Positions 27,525 through 32,356 of a stretch of 32,356 nucleotides of DNA are shown piece by piece (positions within the stretch are counted from its first letter, which is position 1; the number at the start of each line of letters is the position of its first letter). Under the pieces are notes generated by a model. The model saw only the letters and a list, made by a program, of their open reading frames with translations, was not told the DNA's origin and did no database searches. The DNA comes from a virus (taxonomy: Duplodnaviria > Caudoviricetes), in IMG/VR virus record IMGVR_UViG_3300028284_000020, positions 1-32,356 of that record. One strand, 5' to 3'. Position numbers and translations under genes: made by a program.

Positions 27525-28203
27525 ATCTTTTGATAACGACTCTTTATTTGAACTTAGTGATGTATTGACCCCAGTCTATGATGATGGTGTTATTACAATC
27601 AAAGACTTCTATAAGAATCCCGATGCAATCTATGAATGGTTGCAAGAACAAGACTATCCATTATGGAAGTACAATTCCGAACTTAAAACAGGTAAGAATT
27701 CGGTCGATTATAACGACTGCAGACTTATCCATAACATAGGACACCCAACGAGAAAATATTTTAATAATCATGACAGATTGTTAAATATTTGTCGTAGGTA
27801 CTGGTGGAAGGGACAGTACACTTGGGGCAACGTGTACGAGTTTAATTGTTTTCAATCAAAGACAATTAATGACACTACACTACAACACTACCCCCACATA
27901 GACTCTAAACTAGAGTGTCATGACTCCGAATCGGTCTTGAACAAGTTAGTATACTTGGACAAGGAAGGTGATGGTGGAACGGCTATCTATGCAGGAGACT
28001 GGATTACAAATAATGAACAGATGAATCTGATGTATCCAGTAGAAGAGAGGTTTAAAAAGGTTAAGGTAATCCCTAATCAATTCAATACATGTGTTATCTT
28101 TGCAGGTAACAAACTACATGGTGCGTGGATTGATGATTACGATAGCTATAAGGATGACAAGTGGAGATTCACTCAAGTCACCTTTTATAAACCACAATTA
28201 TAA
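27517..28203 (+). CDS. 2OG-Fe(II) oxygenase-like protein (DUF6445-like)
   Basis: IKDFYKNPD, PHID, LVYL..GGTAIY, FN..VIF...HG, RFTQVTF. Confidence 0.8.
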   Translation: MGKSFDNDSLFELSDVLTPVYDDGVITIKDFYKNPDAIYEWLQEQDYPLWKYNSELKTGKNSVDYNDCRLIHNIGHPTRKYFNNHDRLLNICRRYWWKGQYTWGNVYEFNCFQSKTINDTTLQHYPHIDSKLECHDSESVLNKLVYLDKEGDGGTAIYAGDWITNNEQMNLMYPVEERFKKVKVIPNQFNTCVIFAGNKLHGAWIDDYDSYKDDKWRFTQVTFYKPQL

Positions 28204-28208
28204 TAACA

Positions 28209-28406
28209 ATGAACTGTAGTGTTTGCAACACATTTACACAACAAACAGATATAAAGTACTGGATAGAGAATACTGAAGGTACATTCATATTTTGTGGTGC
28301 AGAATGCAGTTTACAATTTCACAGGAAAAGAAATGAGAAAACAGATAACAATATTGAAGATTTTAACAACACTAACAGCAATAGCACTACTGATTCAAGT
28401 AGTTGA
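28209..28406 (+). CDS. Small Zn-binding protein (TRASH/YHS-like)
   Basis: CSVC..FCGAEC. Confidence 0.65.
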   Translation: MNCSVCNTFTQQTDIKYWIENTEGTFIFCGAECSLQFHRKRNEKTDNNIEDFNNTNSNSTTDSSS

Positions 28407-28419
28407 ACTGTTCGTATAG
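28333..28419 (+). CDS. Possible 28-aa single-TM peptide (MRKQITILKILTTLTAIALLIQVVELFV)
   Basis: AGGA RBS. Lies in another frame over the low-complexity tail of the previous ORF. Confidence 0.5.
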   Translation: MRKQITILKILTTLTAIALLIQVVELFV

Positions 28420-28428
28420 GAGACTCAC

Positions 28429-28653
28429 ATGCCAATCAAATTTAAACCAACAGCTGTTACTGTTGCAAGAGGGTCAACTAAGAAAACAACTGTACACTAC
28501 TACATGAAATGTACACCATTGAAGGAACTTATTGAGGAATTTAACAAAACTCACCTTGTAAAGGGAAAGGGTAAGTTGAATCAAAAGATTCGTAATGAAC
28601 TGGTTAAAAGAGGTGGTGTAGACTTTGTACCAAAAGTTGCAGAAACCCTCTAG
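28429..28653 (+). CDS. Hypothetical basic protein
   Basis: AGGAG RBS. Confidence 0.75.
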   Translation: MPIKFKPTAVTVARGSTKKTTVHYYMKCTPLKELIEEFNKTHLVKGKGKLNQKIRNELVKRGGVDFVPKVAETL

Positions 28654-28679
28654 ACAAAGAGACCATTTTATAGTATAAT
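28651..28679 (+). promoter_or_regulatory. Sigma70-type promoter for the porin gene
   Basis: CCTC-TAGACA-N17-TATAAT. Confidence 0.7.
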
Positions 28680-28698
28680 TAACTTTAGGAGGTATATT

Positions 28699-29292
28699 AT
28701 GAAGAATATACTATTAGGACTATTAGTCCTATCAACGTCTGCTTTTGCAGACACAAGTGGAAGTATTGGTTACGGAAGTGACTATATTTTCAGAGGTGCA
28801 TCACAAGCTGGAAATCCAGTAGTACATGCATCTTATACAGTTGAATCAGAAGGATTCTACCTAGGTGCATGGGCATCACAAGTAGACTTCGGAGATACAA
28901 CTTCAAGAGAGATTGACTACTTCGGTGGTTACAATCTTGCAGTAACGGATAAGGTCTCACTCGATGTGGGTTATATACGTTACACTTACGATGCTAATAT
29001 CGATTCCTTAGAGGAGTTATATGTTATTGCATCATTCGGTGGGTTATCACTAGGTGCATTTCAAGACCTAGACACAGATGATACCTATGCAGAAGTTGGT
29101 TACGACCTTTGGTTCGTACCTGTTGTTGATGTCAAATTAATCTATGGATTAAGAGACGAAGACGACACATTTGCCATGCTCAATGTGACTAAGAATGTAG
29201 GTAACTACACATTTGGTCTGTTGGTTGGTGAAGATGTATTAGATGGAACTGCTTCAGATTCATTGACTGCATCAATACAGTATAACTTTTAA
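28699..29292 (+). CDS. TorF-family (TIGR02001/Gcw_chp) putative outer-membrane porin
   Basis: Signal peptide ending AFA, SDYIFRG.SQ, GFYLGAWASQVDF, EIDYFGGY, C-terminal YNF beta-signal. AGGAGG RBS. Confidence 0.88.
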   Translation: MKNILLGLLVLSTSAFADTSGSIGYGSDYIFRGASQAGNPVVHASYTVESEGFYLGAWASQVDFGDTTSREIDYFGGYNLAVTDKVSLDVGYIRYTYDANIDSLEELYVIASFGGLSLGAFQDLDTDDTYAEVGYDLWFVPVVDVKLIYGLRDEDDTFAMLNVTKNVGNYTFGLLVGEDVLDGTASDSLTASIQYNF

Positions 29293-29304
29293 GTTATGCA
29301 TCAC

Positions 29305-29330
29305 GGGGGTCAATGGTGACCCCCCTTTTT
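29305..29330 (+). terminator. Intrinsic terminator
   Basis: GGGGGTCA-ATGG-TGACCCCC followed by CTTTTT. Confidence 0.8.
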
Positions 29331-29341
29331 AGGAGAATATT

Positions 29342-29545
29342 ATGTCATTTTGGAAAAAATTAGTGACTTTTCTAACACCCTTACCCTCGGGTAAAAGAGC
29401 AAAGAACGACAAAGGTCAGTTCATTGCAGACGACAAGTCAACACCTCATGTCAATGAGGCATATGTAGATGGAAAGAAACCAGTCAGAAAGAGAAAACCT
29501 CGTACTGGTTATCCAAAGGGTAAGAGAGTTAAAACTAAAGAATAG
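29342..29545 (+). CDS. Small basic phage protein (RA.N.KGQFIADD.STP.VNEA)
   Basis: AGGAG RBS. Motif typical of aquatic phage small proteins. Confidence 0.75.
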   Translation: MSFWKKLVTFLTPLPSGKRAKNDKGQFIADDKSTPHVNEAYVDGKKPVRKRKPRTGYPKGKRVKTKE

Positions 29546-29552
29546 TTTACTT

Positions 29553-29628
29553 GGGGTATTAGCTCAGTTGGGAGAGCACCTGCTTTGCAAGCAGGGGGTC
29601 ACTGGTTCGAACCCAGTATACTCCACCA
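29553..29628 (+). tRNA. tRNA-Ala(UGC)
   Basis: GGGGTAT/ATACTCC acceptor (G3:U70), CCTGC-TTTGCAA-GCAGG anticodon arm, encoded CCA. Confidence 0.97.
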
Positions 29629-29632
29629 CATG

Positions 29633-29722
29633 GGAAGATTGGCAGAGTGGTTGAATGCACCAGTCTTGAAAACTGGCATACCTTTACGGGTATCATAGGT
29701 TCGAATCCTATATCTTCCGCCA
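29633..29722 (+). tRNA. tRNA-Ser(UGA)
   Basis: GGAAGAT/ATCTTCC acceptor, CCAGT-CTTGAAA-ACTGG anticodon arm, long variable arm, GCCA end. Confidence 0.96.
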
Positions 29723-29748
29723 TTACCACCAACATAAGGAAACTTACA

Positions 29749-29943
29749 GTGGAAAAGTCAAAAGACTATAGTTTTGACGACATGACCTTTGTCGAATATA
29801 AACTTTTCAAAAACAATGACATCATCTCATTTGATGTCGAACTTCTCTTAGAACATTTGGGTTGGAAAATCGGAGATACACTAGAAGTGTTCCGTGACCA
29901 CCAAGGACGAGTAGCCTTAACAATACCTAAATGTAATCTATAG
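29749..29943 (+). CDS. Small protein, possibly AbrB/MazE-like
   Basis: GTG start with AAGGA RBS after tRNA-Ser. LLEHLGWKIGDTLEV resembles the AbrB L.W..GD.L motif. Confidence 0.55.
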   Translation: MEKSKDYSFDDMTFVEYKLFKNNDIISFDVELLLEHLGWKIGDTLEVFRDHQGRVALTIPKCNL

Positions 29944-29959
29944 AATAACCTCAGAATAT

Positions 29960-30036
29960 GGGGTTATAGCTCAATTGGATAGAGCAACGGTTTTCTAAAC
30001 CGTAGGTTACAGGTTCAAGTCCTGTTAGCCCCACCA
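29960..30036 (+). tRNA. tRNA-Arg(UCU)
   Basis: GGGGTTA/TAGCCCC acceptor, ACGGT-TTTCTAA-ACCGT anticodon arm, encoded CCA. Confidence 0.96.
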
Positions 30037-30055
30037 ACATAAAGGATGTAGTACC

Positions 30056-30460
30056 ATGACTGATTACAGTATGATACGCAACGCACTTCGTACCCCCGAT
30101 GGTACGATTATTCAATCCCGACACCGACATGACTATGTTACCCACAAGGATGAGAACGGTAAAGAGTACATGGTTGATGGTGGACTAGACTATGTTCGTT
30201 CTAGTTGTAATGGTGACGAAGAATGGATGATTGTCACCCTTGCAGAACCACATGAAGAGGTTAGAGAAGCCTGTGAATGGGGAACATACGGTATTAACGG
30301 TGACCAACCATTATCGTATATTAAGTTATGTGATATGGATACAGACCACATTGGTGCAGTTCTAAAGAATGTACCGTCAATCAATGCAGGAATTAAAATT
30401 GCAATGGAAACTGAACTGAAGATGAGGGTATTCATCTCTTGGATGGAGAGTAAGGAGTAA
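30056..30460 (+). CDS. Conserved phage hypothetical protein (S.HRHDY...VDGG.DY.R)
   Basis: AAGGA RBS. Motif widespread in phages. Confidence 0.8.
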   Translation: MTDYSMIRNALRTPDGTIIQSRHRHDYVTHKDENGKEYMVDGGLDYVRSSCNGDEEWMIVTLAEPHEEVREACEWGTYGINGDQPLSYIKLCDMDTDHIGAVLKNVPSINAGIKIAMETELKMRVFISWMESKE

Positions 30461-30466
30461 ACTAGT

Positions 30467-30676
30467 ATGACAATGGCAGATGAAAGATACATCGCACTAA
30501 CACGCACTGCAGAGTTTCTAAAAGAGTTACAGAACCCTAGAGGTAGATATAAAAGAGATGATATAAAAGAGATACGAAGAATGGCATCCTCTTGTCTACG
30601 ACACTACCCTTGGGATATGTACTTAGAAGATTTGGCAAAGATAGCACCCCATATATTAGAGAATAGAAATGTCTAA
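30467..30676 (+). CDS. BPSL0761-like hypothetical protein
   Basis: MTM.DER..A....FL..L...IR..A..CLRHYP. AAGGAG RBS. Confidence 0.7.
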   Translation: MTMADERYIALTRTAEFLKELQNPRGRYKRDDIKEIRRMASSCLRHYPWDMYLEDLAKIAPHILENRNV

Positions 30677-30682
30677 ATAGTA

Positions 30683-30763
30683 TTGTGTCACACAATTGAC
30701 ACAAAATCGTAACGACTAGGTCACAAAGAGTAAGTAGGGAAACCGAACATACCATTCTTGACT
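30683..30763 (+). ncRNA. Candidate structured leader RNA
   Basis: Hairpin TTGTGTCA/TGACACAA, then a GGTCA..AGAGT/ATTCT..TGACT stem enclosing AGTA-GG-GAAA-CC-GAA. Downstream of TAAATA at 30674. Confidence 0.5.
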
Positions 30764-30792
30764 GAAAGATACAACATAAAAAGGAGATATAA

Positions 30793-30903
30793 ATGCAATA
30801 TTACGCATACATGTCTGCCTCGGTTCATTCCCTTGCAGACAAATTCGATACCATGATGAAATCAGGCTCACTTAACAAAGTGTGTCGTACTTTTCTTGTA
30901 TAA
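30793..30903 (+). CDS. 36-aa peptide missing from the ORF track (MQYYAYMSASVHSLADKFDTMMKSGSLNKVCRTFLV)
   Basis: Strong AAGGAG RBS at normal spacing. Confidence 0.65.
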   Translation: MQYYAYMSASVHSLADKFDTMMKSGSLNKVCRTFLV

Positions 30904-30930
30904 ATAACTATACAATTATACAAAAACCTC

Positions 30931-30959
30931 TAGTCAGAACTGGTTAGAGGTAGTATAAT
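30931..30959 (+). promoter_or_regulatory. Sigma70-type promoter for the peroxiredoxin gene
   Basis: CCTC-TAGTCA-N17-TATAAT. Confidence 0.6.
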
Positions 30960-30985
30960 GGGTATATAATTTAGAGGAATATATT

Positions 30986-31507
30986 ATGATATATGAAGGA
31001 CAAACCATCCCATCCGTATCACTCGTTCAGAGAGATGGAATCACGGGGACATTCACAGAAGTAACAACAGATGAACTCTTTAAAGATAAGAGAGTTATTC
31101 TATTTGCATTGCCTGGTGCATTCACCCCAACATGTTCAACAAAACAATTACCTGCATACGATAAGAAGTATCGTTCACTTACTGCAAAGAAAAATAACAT
31201 AGACGAGGTCTACTGTTTATCAGTCAACGATGGATTCGTAATGAATGCATGGTTCGAATCTTTGGGTATTAAGAATGTCAAACCTCTTGCAGATGGCTCA
31301 TTAGAGTTCACTGCATCAATTGGTGCAAAAGTTCAGAAGGACAATGTAGGATTTGGTTCAAGGTCGTGGAGATACTCATGTGTCATCAACGATGGTGTTG
31401 TGGAGAAAGTCTTCAGTGAAGAAGGATTCGGTAACAATGCAGGAACAGACCCATTTGAAGTATCTGATGCACAAACTATGTTAGATTACATTAAGGAACA
31501 AGTGTAA
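30986..31507 (+). CDS. Peroxiredoxin (Prx5/redoxin type)
   Basis: LPGAFTPTCS, SVND.FVMNAW, LADG, RSWRYS. Confidence 0.95.
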   Translation: MIYEGQTIPSVSLVQRDGITGTFTEVTTDELFKDKRVILFALPGAFTPTCSTKQLPAYDKKYRSLTAKKNNIDEVYCLSVNDGFVMNAWFESLGIKNVKPLADGSLEFTASIGAKVQKDNVGFGSRSWRYSCVINDGVVEKVFSEEGFGNNAGTDPFEVSDAQTMLDYIKEQV

Positions 31508-31710
31508 TGGATTTCCTTATCGGACTATTCTTCATACCATTCAATATAACTGTATTTGTACTTAAGTATATGTTTGCACTAGTATTATGGTACGGAATTT
31601 ATAAATTTGTCGTAGAACTATGGGGTGCTTACGGAAGACCAATCCTCGACATGAGAAAGACAAAGACAAAGGGTAGTCAACTAAACATTGATGACTATGA
31701 CAACTACTAG
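31507..31710 (+). CDS. Small membrane protein
   Basis: TAATG coupling with the previous gene. Hydrophobic N-terminal half. Confidence 0.65.
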   Translation: MDFLIGLFFIPFNITVFVLKYMFALVLWYGIYKFVVELWGAYGRPILDMRKTKTKGSQLNIDDYDNY

Positions 31711-31757
31711 GATATCATTAATGATATCAAACCAACCAATAATGACTAAATACAATC

Positions 31758-31925
31758 ATGAGTGATATCTTAATAGGAATACATATAGTCTTCATCATCG
31801 CATTAGTGGTGTCGAGTTGGTACTCGGGTTTTAAAATGGGTCGTAAGAATATGATTGAACAGATGATTGATGATAAAGTAGTCAAAGTATCCGACCTTAT
31901 TGAATTATACAAGCCAAAAAACTGA
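31758..31925 (+). CDS. 55-aa single-TM protein missing from the ORF track (MSDILIGIHIVFIIALVVSSWYSG...)
   Basis: TAAATA-N5-ATG. N-terminal TM helix. Confidence 0.65.
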   Translation: MSDILIGIHIVFIIALVVSSWYSGFKMGRKNMIEQMIDDKVVKVSDLIELYKPKN

Positions 31926-31936
31926 GTGATATTCCT

Positions 31937-32356
31937 ATGTCAGAATCAATACCTATTGTTGAAGTTGACCAGTATCAATTCTTAGAGCATCGCAGACAAC
32001 AAGAAACCAATCACTGGAACAAACTAGACAATCAAGACCTAACACCCCTCGACTCCATCCTCACGATAGAGATTAACACTACAGAGTTGTGTAACAGGAC
32101 ATGTGTCTTTTGTCCACGACATGACCCAAAGGTCTACGACAATAGAAATCTACACCTTACAGTCAAGGGTGCGACAATTATTGCAGAAGAGTTAAAACGG
32201 TCAGACTATAGAGGTAAGATATCCTTCAGTGGATTCGGTGAGAACCTACTCAACCCATGGTTCGTTAAGATTGTTCATGCAGTAAGAAAAGAACTACCTA
32301 CCAATGTCATCGAGTGCAACACTAATGGTGACAAACTAACACCCCAATACGCAAAA
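31937..32356 (+). CDS. Radical SAM protein, 3'-truncated by the window edge
   Basis: Translated by hand: IEINTTELCNRTCVFCPR (CxxxCxxC), SFSGFGENLL, CNTNG. Confidence 0.9.
   Translation, partial: MSESIPIVEVDQYQFLEHRRQQETNHWNKLDNQDLTPLDSILTIEINTTELCNRTCVFCPRHDPKVYDNRNLHLTVKGATIIAEELKRSDYRGKISFSGFGENLLNPWFVKIVHAVRKELPTNVIECNTNGDKLTPQYAK

Noticed and set aside
29647-29748. N-terminal part of the 98-aa ORF
   Set aside because: It is the tRNA-Ser sequence. The real start is more likely GTG 29749 with its RBS.
151-31912. The many minus-strand ORFs of 60-190 aa in the track (e.g. 4162-4611, 11462-12037, 25936-26247)
   Set aside because: All are antisense to convincing + strand genes or tRNAs, lack RBS or motifs, and read like antisense shadows.
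1-32356. CRISPR array, long tandem repeats, transposase or integrase
   Set aside because: No regularly spaced repeats or such enzyme motifs were seen. Intergenic gaps are short.
1-32356. Stop-codon reassignment
   Set aside because: Core genes are full length in the standard code, TAA, TAG and TGA all end genes, and no suppressor tRNA is present.
1-32356. Assignment as a cyanophage
   Set aside because: Gene families overlap with cyanomyoviruses, but there are no photosynthesis genes here and the TorF porin points more to a proteobacterial host. The host cannot be fixed from this window.

Overview
This is an AT-rich, densely coded segment, almost all on the + strand, of a T4-like myovirus. 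The host is probably a marine or aquatic Gram-negative bacterium: spanins and a TorF-type porin are present, and no photosynthesis genes occur in this window. Core genes are the 3' part of uvsX, gp41 helicase, gp61 primase, class Ia nrdA/nrdB and a glutaredoxin. Accessory genes include five 2OG-Fe(II) oxygenases, an AurF-like diiron protein, a hot-dog thioesterase, a cupin, a HAD nucleotidase, an HExxH metallopeptidase, a peroxiredoxin, a partial radical-SAM gene and four tRNAs. The most striking part is a late-transcribed block (~3.3-13.2 kb). Several of its proteins start with T4 internal-protein-like capsid-targeting leaders (MK[ST]F...E). Two large proteins look like strings of small unrelated modules joined by acidic [LIV]-x-E linkers, which matches the T4 prohead-protease (gp21) cleavage rule. 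They are therefore candidate capsid-packaged polyproteins cut into injected peptides, and they sit next to a ligase-like / nucleotidyltransferase / P-loop kinase trio. Other signals are a fixed TAAATA-N5-ATG spacing (leaderless late mRNAs), apparent avoidance of GATC and HCCAGA, and a structured RNA ahead of a 36-aa ORF. All calls come from reading motifs by eye; no searches were run.
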